Positions 37,166-51,299 of a stretch of DNA of 64,000 nt are shown one piece after another; positions within the stretch are counted from its first letter, which is position 1; the number at the start of each line of letters is the position of its first letter. Location of the stretch: the NCBI RefSeq assembly GCF_000150275.1, contig NW_002060949.1, forward strand, positions 5,203,006 to 5,267,005. Direction: 5' to 3'. Below the pieces are notes generated by a model, which had not been told where the DNA came from, did no database searches, and saw nothing but the letters and a program-made list of their open reading frames with translations. The DNA comes from Trichoplax adhaerens (taxonomy: Eukaryota > Animalia > Placozoa). Both the position numbers and the translations under genes were made by a program.

Positions 37166-39046
37166 AACCAGTTGTGTAGGTAAAGACTGAGATTTTTATT
37201 AAAGTAGAGGTAAAAATTAATAGATTGCTAAAAGTAAGAAATATAGAAAAATTTAATCGATGAATAATTAATATATAAATTAATACATAACAAACGTACA
37301 ATTTTAATATATGAGTATTGGCTATTCTACAACCCAACAAGAAGCCATCTGATATTTGTTTATTAAAGCTACTTCAATAAAGTTCAAGCCTAAAATGTTT
37401 CAGTTTTATACGTTCTTAAAATGTTCGGAAATAGAATATCTAAGCCATTTAAATTCTCATGTATCAACCGTACTCAACTGAAGTTGATATTACGTAGTAT
37501 TAAATGGTTAAGAATGTAATATCACATATGTAATCTTATTTAACTTGATTTTGATATTCCAGAACATACAGATATCACTCATTTATTGATGCTATAGAAG
37601 CAAGTAAAGCTATTTACTATTTCTCGATCTAGATGATCTTAATAAAACTGATACTGCAATAATTGAATTTAAATCTAACTGGTTTGAGGTTACTAGTAGA
37701 CATGGATAAATTGTTTAGAAATAAAACATTATGCACTCTTTAAAATTACATCGACACGAATTATTCCGATTCCATTGATCTTGATATTATAGAGTGAGTA
37801 GTTTATCGATACTACATAGGTAAGAGAGGGTACTTCATATTTTCCTAATCTATGAAGTTTCAATATTTAAATTTAAAGTCAAGTAAAGTCTGAATTTAAA
37901 CTATTAAAAACTCATATACCGTTAAATCGTTAAGAATAAAGATATCCTGAACTGTCCTAAATCCAACGTATTAGTATGCGTAAACGGACCTCAATATTGC
38001 AAACATGTACCCATCATTTGTCGATATATAAGATGGAGATACTACAAAGTTTATTCTCTTTAATCTTGAATTGTTTAAGTCACATTTTGAGAATAGATGA
38101 AAAGTAACGCATGATATAAATCCGATCTAACTTATCACGGTAGAATGGTATCTTTTTTATTCATTATCGTTGAAGAAACTATTTTAAAAGAAAGCAAAAG
38201 TTTCCAAATAAGTGTTCAATTATCCCTTATTCCGCATTGTATTATTTAACCTTCACCATCCAGTTTAGCGATCTTATTAGTATAGTATATTAACTGATGT
38301 ATTTAAACAGTATAATATTATTACATATGGGTAATGAGCAAAGCGAGATTAAACTGTAGAACGCTACCGCATATGGTAATAAGCAAAGCAAGAGAGGCTA
38401 GAAATAAAATCTCACTTCATGATAGATGGACGTCTGGATCAATCAATCTATCCATCAATTTTCCTTTGCGACTAAAAGTCATTATGCAACAGCTAGTGTG
38501 TTCAGTACTGACAACAATTGAAATTGAGGAAAATTGTCTACCAGTTAAGATGATTAGTTATCATTGTTAATGCTTTTAAGAAGATTTTTCTTGGTAATAA
38601 ATATAAATTTACAATCAAGCACAAACTTTGATGTCGGCAACAACGTCGATCGACAATAGACGCTATTGTCCGATTAGACAAATCAAGTTAATATCCACTG
38701 TGCAATTAATTCACTTTCTTTCTCACCTGCAGCGATTGATTTTAAATGATAATAGTTACAATAGTTTTAGAAAAATAACAGTTGACTAAATAGGACAAGA
38801 TGATGGGATTAATCTACTTTTCAGCGACAACAAAGATGAGGCTTATTAAGAATAGCCTATATAGGGAACGAGATTCTTATGCGTCTGTATGAAGCTGAGA
38901 GAACATTACTTGGCTCACGTCTACGTAAATATTAAAAAAAACAATTATAATGCAATAGATTCTATACGGATATAAAAGATCAAAATATTTCATCGATATG
39001 TAATACTATCAAGTTGGAGATCAAAGTAACGAGGTGAAAATAACCG

Positions 39047-41762
39047 ATGATGATGAAGGCAAATTTCAACCCAGTATTCCTAATCTTTATGATATTTATT
39101 ACCTTGATTTTAACAACGCTTTCTTATCAACATGATATTTCCGATAAGATTTCAAATCATCAAATCAGCAGTAATGATGACGAATTCAATACGAACTTAG
39201 ACCGATTAACATCGCCGAATCAACTCTCTGACCGATTGCAACAAAATCAATTTCAATCGATGCCGCAATTTATGCAAGATATGTACCAAAATCCTAATAC
39301 CGCTTACGATTATAAAGCGTTAGATCCTAAAAGTGATAAAAATTCCATGTCGCGGATAATTTTCGCCCCACACATTGGTAAGGAAGTAGAAATGTTCGCT
39401 ATACAATAGGTTAACAAGATAGAATGGTTAATCATCAAGGTTGATAAAAACTTCGTACTACCAATAAATACTTGAGTAATTTTATATTCTATACATTGGC
39501 GTAAAAAGTACAAACGCTACCTGATATGTTTACTTCTCTTTTTATTTATATATGTCAAATCCAATGTCATTTTAAGAAGTTTTTCATTAATTGCGATGAT
39601 CCTTTCAAACCTGTTGATATTTACTGAAATCCAATAGAAAAGTTATACTAAATAACAATCAAAGTTATATTCATGTTACAATTTTTAAGAAACTGATTAG
39701 TTCTAAACCTTACTATATATTTTTAATAAGTTAATTCCATATACCATTCTATCTCTCCCTGTCGCTGTCTTCACTAATAATATTCTAAATGCGTAAAATC
39801 GAATAAGAACAAAATAAGTAGTTACTTAAATAATGGCTACTCAAGCAGTTTACTACATATAATTAAGACCCCAATATTAAATCTATTAATAGCGATTAAA
39901 TTTTACCGGTAATGGTCGACAATTGCGCTTACTCATTATTACCCTGAATTTATCGGTAAATAAGGAATAGTTATGCCCAGTAAGGTTGATGGAACTGAAG
40001 TAGATTAAAGAAAGTGGGGATTAGGGAAAACGTTGTTCTCACATTCTTGCCTCCATCTTGTTAATAAATTAGTCATCTTATAATAGTGAAGTTGACTGAA
40101 CATCTATTTCCGCTTATATTGATACATTATATATTCGCCAATCATGAGTTTATACCTTACCTTACGCATTTTATCCATTTTTTATCGTTGCAAAAATGTA
40201 AAATTTTCAAAACTTTTAACCTGTAAAGGACATCATAGTTAATATGCGCTATATTCAGAATAACCTTAATAAAAGATCTTTACTAATTTTAACCCTTTGG
40301 ATTAATTTAGAATCTTGAGATTTACCTCGCACATTTCAATCACACACCTTTTCACTAAATTAGCAAGAAAACCGTAGTAACCAACATTAAATTCGAAATG
40401 AATCATCTTAATCAGTAGTAGTTCAGTCATTTTACCAAGAATAAATTTACAAATCCTATTGATCGTAAAAGCCGTAAATTGCTATCTTTATGATAGAGAA
40501 TTAACAGCATATTAATTTTAGTACTTATTGCATCTAGTATATCAGTAAATTATTTCCGGGTTTTAAGGTGCACTAATAGAGGATAGCATAGAAGGAACTG
40601 GATATGACATAAAGAAATATGCAGTATATGCTGTAAAAATGATCTGATGTGACTGTTAACTACACTATTACCACGATGGATTAAATATAGTAAGCTAAAC
40701 TACCTATACAGTCTGTGGTAAATTTTACCAATGTACCGTAGTAACTTTGCTAGAGTTCTCATCGAATTTACAAGACTCGGTGTATATTTTGGTAATCGTC
40801 TACCGTTGATTAAAATTGAAAATTTGAACATAATTTTTTTATTAATTAATATCTAGATGGATACCTTACTAAGTTAACCTCTTGTCTTATATCTTCATGA
40901 TATAAGGCGTTTCTATCGAATAGTAATTAGTATTTATAATGTATCATTTGCTATTTTAGAATCATTCAGCAAAACCAGTTTCAGTAAAGATGAAGTATTA
41001 TTATTTCGGCCATCAGTTAATCTTAAAAGCAATGAAGTGATGGGTATGGATTTAAGAGTATTCAGAGATCAAGAAATTATAAAATCAATGCCAGACAATA
41101 ATACTTATCAAGTGACTATATACCAAATTATTGATCATAACGAAATTATGGTTTGCCAATTGGAATTAAAACGCAAAGGCAATGGTTGGATAACTTTTCA
41201 ATTACATGATCTTGTCCTACAACAATCTTATCAAAATCTTTCCGGGATATTACATTTTAAGCTATCCGTTAGAAATACGGAAATGGAGGTTATACCATCA
41301 TCGCAAATTGGTCTATTAACATCTACAACATCACCAGCTTACTTACTTATTTATAGCAAATCGAGTGATCAGCGGTTCACTAAGCCTATCTATTCACATA
41401 TTAAACGTCATTTAAGGGCCAAGAAAAGTGTTCTTAGCAAATTGAAAAAAAGGCGCTGCCAATTGGTTGTTGATGAGGTTAACTTAAAAATGATTTATGG
41501 AAAAACGATTTTAGCTCCACAAAATTTCGAATACAATTTTTGTGTTGGTCGATGTAAATTTCCTTTAACCGGTCGTATGAACGCTACTAATCATGCTATT
41601 GTTCAGACATTGATGTTTGTTAAAAAAGCTGGCAATGTTCCAAATGCTTGTTGTGCTCCTATTTCCTTTTCAAAATTACGAGTTATCAGTCGTAATGAGG
41701 ATGGTACCTTTGAAATGCGACATATGCGAGATATTGTTGCTGAAAGTTGCGGTTGTCAATAA
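39047..41762 (+). CDS. TGF-beta superfamily ligand, divergent BMP5-8-like, two exons
   Basis: Exon 1 39047-39377 has a signal peptide and the PQFMQDMYQ prodomain motif; a phase-1 intron leads to 40960. Exon 2 has GWITF, basic cleavage sites RHLR and KKRR, and a 7-Cys knot with FPLTGRMNATNHAIVQTL, CCAP and CGC. Confidence 0.93.
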
Positions 41763-42591
41763 CATGTTGGTTAAAGCTGATTTAATAATAAAATAATTTA
41801 AAGCTATTAATTTAGTTATATAAGTTACCGGGTGTTTCAATCGAGTCATAATTTGATAATATTTAAGTCAATATCTATAAGTATAGTACTAGTAAATCGA
41901 AAGTGATGGAATTGATATTATACGAATTTCAGTATGCCATATGTAGACGACTGTAAACGACAATCTTTCTCATATGTAAGGACTATAGTTGCGCATAACT
42001 GATTGCAATAGAATACTAGGGCGGAGATTTGCTTGTGACAGTAATCTAACGCTAATTTGTCCTTTAAGCTTTGATTGTCAACATAGCCCAAACGCTACAA
42101 GCATATAAAAGCAACGATTACGGATTACTGTTACGTTTAAAGACCGTTGACACATAGTACTACATGCAATGGATTGTAGTATTTTACCTAACTCGTACTT
42201 CATTATGAATAAAACAAACAACCAACAAGAATAATGTTACCAAAAGGGATATGTTGTTGATTATATCAATGCCTTCTATGTCGATTTATTTACCTTGATG
42301 GTAAATTATTAGTAATTTAGGTGATTATTAATTATAAATAGAACGTGGTATATGAATAAATACTGTATGTACCACATCATATATATTTTATATCTTAAAA
42401 AATTGAGAAATAAAAAATAAAAAAAAATCTACTAAAGTGAAATACAATTCAATTTTATAATTACAATAAAATTTATGGCCGTGTATAAATTTAGTGCTAT
42501 TCCTTGCGATTGACCTTCTTACGAATCAGTTAGTAGTTCTTTAACATTATACATTAATTATCTGAGGTAATTTGAATGAATTTATATTAAT

Positions 42592-45500
42592 CTATAATTC
42601 CTCATGAGATTTATCTGCAGTTTGATCGTTTTGCTTCAAAGTAGAAGCCTTAATAGAATCAACAAATGTCTTTAGACTCTCTAGATTTCTTTCTCCTTGA
42701 TAATTCTGAATTTCTTTAGAGCCAGTATAGATTGTCATAGTAGGATAAGATTTTACCTTAATAAAGCCACGTAAATATAACAGGGTTAGTATTTGGTGTG
42801 AACAAAGCTTGTATTAATCTACGGTTCTCAAGTTCTATGAAAATATGGGTGAACAAATATATTCTATGAATATTAACCTGTTCCGCTCTACACGTTTCAA
42901 TATGCGTAACACAATTTACCTATGAATATAAATTGACAATCTTTATTTTAATATACTAAGAGCAATTTTAGTTTATTAAGTTTTCAAATAAAATTTTGCA
43001 TTAGTTTCAATAAGGATATCAGACGATGCCCATCTAGATAAACTTACACTCCCAATAAAAACGTTTTTATCGTGTTTATAGTGTTCCATCAATTCTTTCC
43101 AAGTTGGAGCGAGAACTTTACAGTGACTGCACCTTAGTAAATCAATTGATAAATAGCATGCATTCGATCAGCATTAAAGCGGAAGAAAAATGTACCATAC
43201 AGTATTTAGTACGTCATACTTCATAAAATAATCATGCATTGTATACATAAAAATGATTATAATTTAGATTCTATATAATTCTAAATAGGTAATTCTAGAT
43301 ATCGCAGTACTACCAATTATTTCTTACCACGGGGCATAAAATTTTATAAATGCAATCTTAAAGGTTGAAATCACTTTTTTTAACTGTACACCAGTCAGTT
43401 CGGATCCAATTTGCTATGATACATATACAAATTTTAGAGAGTGGAGAGTATAAAAATTAAGCATCCTTAGGATAAACAAAGCTATCATAATTGCTTCAAG
43501 AAGGTAGACTGATTTAGATTAGCTGAATACATTATTAGGGGGTAAAAGCTCAATACATAAATGTTATTTTACTCACGTATAAACATTGCAACTAAAGCTA
43601 TACTAATTTCTTACTTTTAAAGAGATTTCATCGTCATCGACTTGCGGATTATTTAATGAAATTTTAATAAATTCTGCAAAGGATTGGACGCTTCTTTTAC
43701 CAGTAAATCTCTTAACTAATTTACCGATATATATTTTTATCCTGGTTCATATTTGCATGCAAGGAAAGTTATTTAGTATGTTATAAAAATATTTATTTAT
43801 GTTCTCTGTCAAGTATTCTAAGCGTACTTACGTAGGATAATGTAGAACATTTTCATCGGAACAAAGAGGTGTATCTTGTGTACAATCCACCTGTAATTTA
43901 AAAATGAATACTGTACACTCTAGATATTATTATCTTCATATCATATCATATTTAAGGCTTTTTGTGAATTTATACTTTAATATTGTTGTATAGTAAGTCT
44001 TTCTTGTACATCATGTTGTTATTTAATCATTACATGCGTTGTTAACTAGTAATACCTTAGCGATATGGATGACTTTAATTGCATCGGAATTATATTTGTT
44101 TGATAGGACATCCCACATAGGTAATAATCTCTGGCAATGTCCACACCTACAGCATTGAAGTAATATTGTACCTAACTTTACTGGAAATCTAATTTGCTTC
44201 TATATCTTGACTTGATGAACAGTGTGTGTTTATTATACTAGTTACTTCTATAAGTTTCTAACATGTGAGTGTCAATATTTATTAACAGTTACGTATACGA
44301 GTGTATACAGGTATAGTAGAGAACGTCTCTGAATTGCTAGACCTTCATTTTCCTGCACTATACTCAGTAGTAAGCGTAATCCATTCTAACTTTTAGCAAC
44401 ACGACGATATTTCTACGGTACGTGATGTAGTCATATTGACACCTTAAATAACCTCGCTGTGGTAGAATACATAGTTCATATTTAATATACCCTTTAATAG
44501 GTGTACAATATAATAATTAATTAATTAATGTGCGCAAGTATAGTTGAGGTACAAGGATTAGAAATTGATGATTCTGTATCTGAAACTCTTGCAAAGCTCT
44601 TCAGCGCATAATAAGGGTACAAATATTATATCCTCCCATATGTACTGTAAGTTTAATATACGTGTAATTCTACATAATTTGTACGTGTATAATTCTGTTA
44701 GTATTTAGTAAATTTATAGTTCGAAAAAAACAACGTCCTTAGCATAAATAGTAAGCCAGTTGACGAGACTATCAGTATATTTTAAACCAAGCTATGGGCT
44801 AGGCCGGTATAAATACAGCATAAAGATACAGAATTAGAGGTCACTACTTTACTCGTATAAGTGTTGCTTATATATTTATACTAAATTATTAATATGATAA
44901 TGTACAGCAGTAAGCAATCACTTTCAGGGTTATGTTTTAATGAAGATGATTTTCATGAATCACCGTTGAAATTCTGCTCCAGTTCCTACAAGATTCGTAG
45001 AGGATCGTGGTAATCGCTATACTGAGTAATCGATGATACGATAGGAAAATTGTGATAATTGTAATTGCAATAGAATAACCCGGCTACTAAGTAAAAGCAG
45101 TACTATATGTTCGTACAGACTTGTTACTACTATGGTCAAAAAAGTATATACGCTCATATGTTTAGACATTTATCATCATCCTGATAAAAATTCTCCAATC
45201 CAAAGTACTAACGCTTTTACATAGGAGGATTAAGGCGTCCAAATAGGTCTTACATGAGTATGGAATGATAATCAGCACTTTACGAAGTAGAAGAGTCTAT
45301 AAGAGTGAGGATACCTTTTGAGATACGTAATGAGCAATATTTGCTATGGGCGAAGGTATTATTGTAACACGTTTGTATCCGGTTGATGTAGTGTAATAGT
45401 CATTGCATAAATTGTAGTGTCATAGAATTCATTCGTAATTATGCTTCGAGCATTATACAACTATCCATATGTATTGACTGATCATAATGTAAAAAAATAT

Positions 45501-46301
45501 TTACTGTTGGCAATCATTGTACTATGAATTAGGTAAATATCAGGTAGCCATCGCCTTAATAGTAAAGTCCAAAAAACGTTGTAGTCTAGCCGTGGTTGAC
45601 TACAGTTAGCTCTAATTCATTGTCATATGAACACTGAGATTTTCGTTTCATAGATTCATTGGCAAATCTGAGCTCTATTATTCACTGTCAATATTGCTAT
45701 CATCAATAGAATAGTCATGTAGTCGTTTGGGCTACAAGTAAAACTGTTGGCCTTTTGCTTTAGTGCTAGACAATTTGTCATAAATCAGATTTCGATCAAA
45801 AATGAAAGAGCAACGCCGAGTTGCGTCGAGACTATTTTATAAATCCTTTATGTTGCTATAATGAACTAGATTATCAATAAACTGCAGATTTGATAGTACA
45901 GTATAATGTAATACAACGACCAGGTCGGGGTTGATGTAACTCGTGTAAAAGAATTGTATCCTTTTGGATTGAAATTACACTGTGAACTAGAAAGAGAAAC
46001 TGTATCACTACTGTGAACCAATATGAAATCACTCTTTCATAATATTATAATCCATGTTTCATCTTGACTTTAGTCCTTCGTTGTAATATTTGGTTGATTT
46101 CTAATTTTTACACTGACTATGAACAATCACTTTTACTTTTTACAACCCTTACCAAGGCGCATAGAACATGACCAAGTGAGGTACCTCAAGAATACTAGTA
46201 GCGAAAGTTGCACTAGTTAACATGGTTGGCTTATAAGCTTCATAACAGTGTAAATAAGTAACCATTAAAAGGAGCAGCAAAGGAGAGAAAATGGCGGCCA
46301 T
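42592..46301 (-). CDS. TXNDC5: TXNDC5/ERp46-like protein disulfide isomerase with two thioredoxin domains
   Basis: Signal peptide; [28 protein letters not shown]...IAK-VDCTQDTPLCS...YPT; [22 protein letters not shown]...VNC...YPT...YQGERNLESLKTFV; C-terminal HEEL ER-retention-type signal. Confidence 0.85.
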
Positions 46302-46468
46302 AACTTGGCTGGTAATTTCTTCAATGAAAGACAGCGTTGGAGCTTCAACTATTGAGTTCACTCTACTAGCGAGAACGTACGAGTGGGTGCGTGAGACCTT
46401 GACTGACGTCAGTTTTGTCACACAGTAATACGTACGCTAAGTCAAGGTTGGCTATTGAATTACACATA

Positions 46469-47135
46469 GTAAACTTCAATACCGTACCGTGCTAATAACA
46501 AGGTATGCAGGTCATGGCGAAGACCTGCGTCGATCTTTCTTCTATCCCCAAATCTTTTTTGACTTCTTATGGTCCAAGAAGATGAAGGAGGAGGGAAATT
46601 AGTGTTAAGTAGTCTGCAGCTTGCATAATAAACTCGAAGGCAGTGTTGCAACTTCCCTGCTAGTAAAGATTGAAAGCTACTGCTTCTGCTACTGTAAACT
46701 TCAGTTACCGTACCGTGCTAATAACAAGGTATGCAGGTCATGGCGAAGACCTGCGTCGATCTTTCTTCTATCCCCAAATCTTTTTTGACTTCTTATGGTC
46801 CAAGAAGATGAAGGAGGAGGGGAATTAGTGTTAAGTAGTCTGCAGCTTGCATAATAAACTCGAAGGCAGTGTTGCAACTTCCCTGCTAGTAAAGATTGAA
46901 AGCTACTGCTTCTGCTACTGTAAGCCTCAGTTACCGTACCGTGCTAATAACAAGGTATGCAGGTCATGGCGAAGACCTGCGTCGATCTTTCTTCTATCCC
47001 CAAATCTTTTTTGACTTCTTATGGTCTAAGAAGATGAAGGAGGAGGGGAATTAGTGTTAAGTAGTCTGCAGTTTGCATAATAAACTCGAAGGCAGTGTTG
47101 CAACTTCCCTGCTAGTAAAGATTGAAAGCTACTGC
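46469..47135. repeat. 226-bp near-identical tandem repeat, ~3 copies
   Basis: accgtaccgtgctaataacaagg at 46481, 46707 and 46933, with only a few substitutions between copies. Confidence 0.97.
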
Positions 47136-49025
47136 AGGCCTCACAGTTTTACTGTGAGCTGGTAAAGGAAAAAAATGATTTTATCCATATAAAGACTTGC
47201 ATACAATGCAGTCTTTCCTTCTTGTCAGTTACTGATTAGACATTATAGTAGACAGTTCATTCAAGATGTCATAATTCCCGAGAGGAGAAGAAAGAGGGGA
47301 AAATAAAAGAAAAATTGGTTGAGTAATCCTGGCTATGTACAAGTCTATAACTTCGAAGATGAATTTGAATGCTTAAAGGCAATATTTCCATTTTCCTGCT
47401 GCTAAATCTGCACGACTTAGAATATTACTAAAAGTACCTAATCAGAGGAGGATCTATTAGCCTATATACCTTAAGCAGTATCAAGTTTAGAAATAAAATA
47501 AACACACAATTGCATTGCAGTATTCCCTCCTTTTCATGTTATTGATAAAGTATGATCACTATGACACAGAACAGGATAGTTCGATTTAGGTGTTAGAATT
47601 CAGGAAAGTAAGGGGAGAAAAATAAATTGATTGTGTAATCCCTGGCTATGTACAAGCTTACAATGTAAGCACATTTATTGTCAGACGACTACTAAATTGT
47701 GATGTCTAACGTTATATGCCTTGAATAGTATGTTATACACGTACAATAAACGGATACACTACTACAATATTTTCTCATTTTAATATTAATGACAAGGCAG
47801 GATATGTGATAGTCCTATGTTGAGATCTTTTAATATCTTGCTGTTACTGATATCACTTTGTACGCTTAGTAAATGAAATATCCTTAAATTGATTAGCTAT
47901 AGAAATTTGTACAAGTTAAACTTACGACTTACTCTGTAATAATGTAGTTATCGATTAATTTCTCAATGCTAGCTACAATGTTAAATGGATAACTCCAACT
48001 TTTAGCTCAATTTCTACAATTTAGACGACTGTATTAGCAATACAGTAAGTACATTCATCGATTAACAAGCTTGTCAAAATTATTTCTATAAGGTACGTAC
48101 TATTTCTATATTTACAAATGATATTTCGTTAGATTTACCAATGTGTAAAGATATACTGTATGCTTTTATCTACGTTCAGTTCTGCCGTCTAAACGTAGGT
48201 GTAACCCTAGTAAGTCAAAAATATATTCTTCAAGATGGTTCTGAGAAATTATCATCGATCGATCGATCGATGTTGGAGACAGTGTACTACGTATAATAAA
48301 TTATAGCCTCAGAAATGCCAATACAATATTATAAGTTATTACGTATTGTTAGCATCATGTATCATTGCAGCTACCTATTTATAACATCGGAAGAATATAA
48401 TTTCATTCTTAATATCAAACATTTATTCCTAAATGTGTAATAATTATAGACGTAATTCATAGGATAAGAAAACAACAATCACGCCTAATGCTGAATACCA
48501 AGTGTTCATTAACAGCTGTAGTAGTTCAGAGGAAGGTTTCATACACAAAGTACATTCTCAATATGATGAAATGATGAAAATTTTAACAATAATTTTTCAA
48601 ATGCCTAGACTATCTAATGAAATGAATTATATGATAAATGTACACACAGTAGTCGTTATGTCAATATAAATTGATATGTACGTTCTTGATCTGTATGCAT
48701 TTTACAGAATAGGATATACACCTCCTTAACTATGAAGACAGTTTAAAAATATGATCACATACTAACCTGATTTCAGACCAACATAGCTCAATTACAATAA
48801 AATAATATAGTAATTGATAGTTCTTGATATAAATTTGACATTTAATTTTAACAAATTGATGGTTGATGAGGCAGATACTGTTAACCTGTTACATCTCACT
48901 TGCACAATTGAATAGTAATAACAATAAAACTTTGACATCGTTTCCATGCGATAGTTAATAAAAGTATAGGATCAAAATATTATAGCACAACTATTTATAC
49001 AATTCAGTAAATTGTTTCCAGATGC

Positions 49026-51083
49026 TTAGTCACCTTTTTGGTTCATTTTTGTAGCAAGACGCTTCGATTTTCCTTTCTGTAGCTTTTTGGCTTCTAATTC
49101 TTGTTTTTTCCTCTGATTTTCTATCATTCTCTTCTCGCGTAGGGCTTTTTTATTACCTTTTACAGCAGATTCTACAATTGAATCGAACTCTTCTGCATCA
49201 TCCTCCCAACCAGCCCCTTTCTCGTCCCATACACCAAGTCCACTATCCTATATTGAGAAAAATAAACTGAAGTGAATACACGATCGGAGTCTAGCATTTT
49301 AATTAACAATGATCTACTTTTTATTTTAAAGTTTATTATTGGCATATACAATAATTTTAAATATGAATGGAATCCTTTAAGTTGGCAGAAAAAATCTGGC
49401 TAACCTCGGGTAACAACATCTTATCATTTATGACAAATTTGTTCTCAATTTTATTGGTTACCACGGGCGGGTTTTCATTCTTTGCTATGATATACTGTAA
49501 CATGTTTCAAATAATAATAAGACGATAGAAGCCTGTAGATTATACATTTCTTGCATACCTTGGCTTGCTTTTGAATAACTGGTTCCAAGTCTTCGAAAAA
49601 ATTGGGGGCGTTATTCATCTCTTCATTTACATCAGCTACATTATTCTGTACGGTATCATGAGGTAACTCTTCCGCTTCAGTTTTTGGAAGCGTTTCCAAG
49701 TTTGTGTCTTGATTGGGAAGAACAGTTACACCAAAGCTATTATTCCAACTGTCCCACGTATCACCTTCAATATCGTCCTCATCCTCTTTTAAGTCGGTGA
49801 TATTCTAAGTATAAACAGAACAGTTTTTAGGGTATTTTTTATCAGATTGACGAGAAATAAACATTCCAATGATTGGGCCCAACGAAATTCGAGGACAGTC
49901 GATCTAGAATGAACCCTTCATACTAGGATATGTGTACGATATTATTCGATTCAAACGATTTTGTTGCTTCCTGTCGTGCGATACTACAGTATATCCGGCA
50001 GTAAAAGATGTTTCACGCGTATTCTTCAATTACAAATCCTCTAGCAAAGACTCGAATGAAGTTGTCAATATCATTTTTAATTAGGACTAAAGGAGCTGTA
50101 GGATGTTAACGAATAACCAACTTTTTATTTAGCTTATTGTGCACAATGATAGTGAGTACTAATCTTAAATACTACACTTTACTTCTACATGATTCGGTTA
50201 CATACACTTAGTATTTATTTCTATCACATGAGATAATTAACAGAATGATAAGAACTTTAGGTAAAATACGGGTAGATGAACACGAGGGTATAAGTTCTTA
50301 TGTAAATATGGCCAAAGGTCTAAAGGGTCTAACTACTCGTAATTGCAATGTTATGGTGTACGGATAGTTACGATTATAATTTTATGTACAGTACAGTAGG
50401 TTTCAGAGTGCTCCAGCTGGAGTGTAATCACATTTTTAATGATATAATATCTATGATTATAGCTTATGGCTATTATATATTAATGTACTGTATCTCGATA
50501 ATTTCTAGTTTAGCAAGTATTTACAGTTCATCGTCTGGCGTATAAAGCAGATTGATGGTTGTTTACAGATTTATTATTATCGTTGGCTATCACCATTGTA
50601 ATCAGTGAGGCTTACAGCACACTGCACTTTACGATGATCCACAGTTTGATATTCAGTACAAACAATTATCATGATGTAGCTAAGATGGAACACTTAAGCG
50701 AGAAGAGTTAACGCATAAATTGGCTCGGATTCTCGATGTATTTTCTAGTAGGATTGTTTATTTGTAAAGTGAGCAAGATGCACAAGTGGAAGGGAGCTTG
50801 GACACATTAGCGGATATTACTGCACATTATCTACAGATTACGATATACTGTAAGCCTGCATCGATTGCATTTTAGAACTACTGAGATAGGCATCATTGGG
50901 TCAAACTTTGTTGATTGTACTTACTGGTGTTGTCGGAGTTACTTTCACATCAAGTAATAGGCTCTCTTCGCTGCTAGTCTTCTTCTTCCAGAGCCGCCTT
51001 AAGCCTAATTTTATTCCGATCCATTGCAGCATCCATTTAATGATCGAACAACAAAAGCAAATCCTACTCAAGCTTAACTTCAT
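49026..51083 (-). CDS. EBAG9: EBAG9 / RCAS1 homolog
   Basis: Exons 51083-50925, 49804-49559 and 49247-49026: N-terminal Cys-containing hydrophobic segment, DTWDSW, PNFFEDLEPVIQKQAK, LGVWDEKGAGWEDD and C-terminal coiled coil REKRMIENQRKKQE. Confidence 0.85.
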
Positions 51084-51299
51084 CGTTTATTGGGTTTCAT
51101 GCATTCTAAAATTGATAGTAACGCATACGTCGATAGGACTACGGCTAACTATGTATCACGCAATGGTTACATATTTTAGAATAGATGACCGAGGTTAGAA
51201 TGGACCCTTTCCCCTCTCGAGTTAAGCCCAAAAGATGAAAAGTGCAAGTGCATTAAATATGGAGCAGCAACATGGACTTATTGTACCTGATGCTTTCAA

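Noticed and set aside
46460-46651. 63-aa ORF in the 226-bp repeat (also 31266-31451 and 29667-29888)
   Set aside because: They lie within tandem repeats, have no recognisable protein features and no splice support.
47290-47670. Weak ~315-bp-period similarity (gtaatcc(c)tggctatgtacaag twice)
   Set aside because: Only a short core aligns clearly; too degenerate to delimit as a feature.
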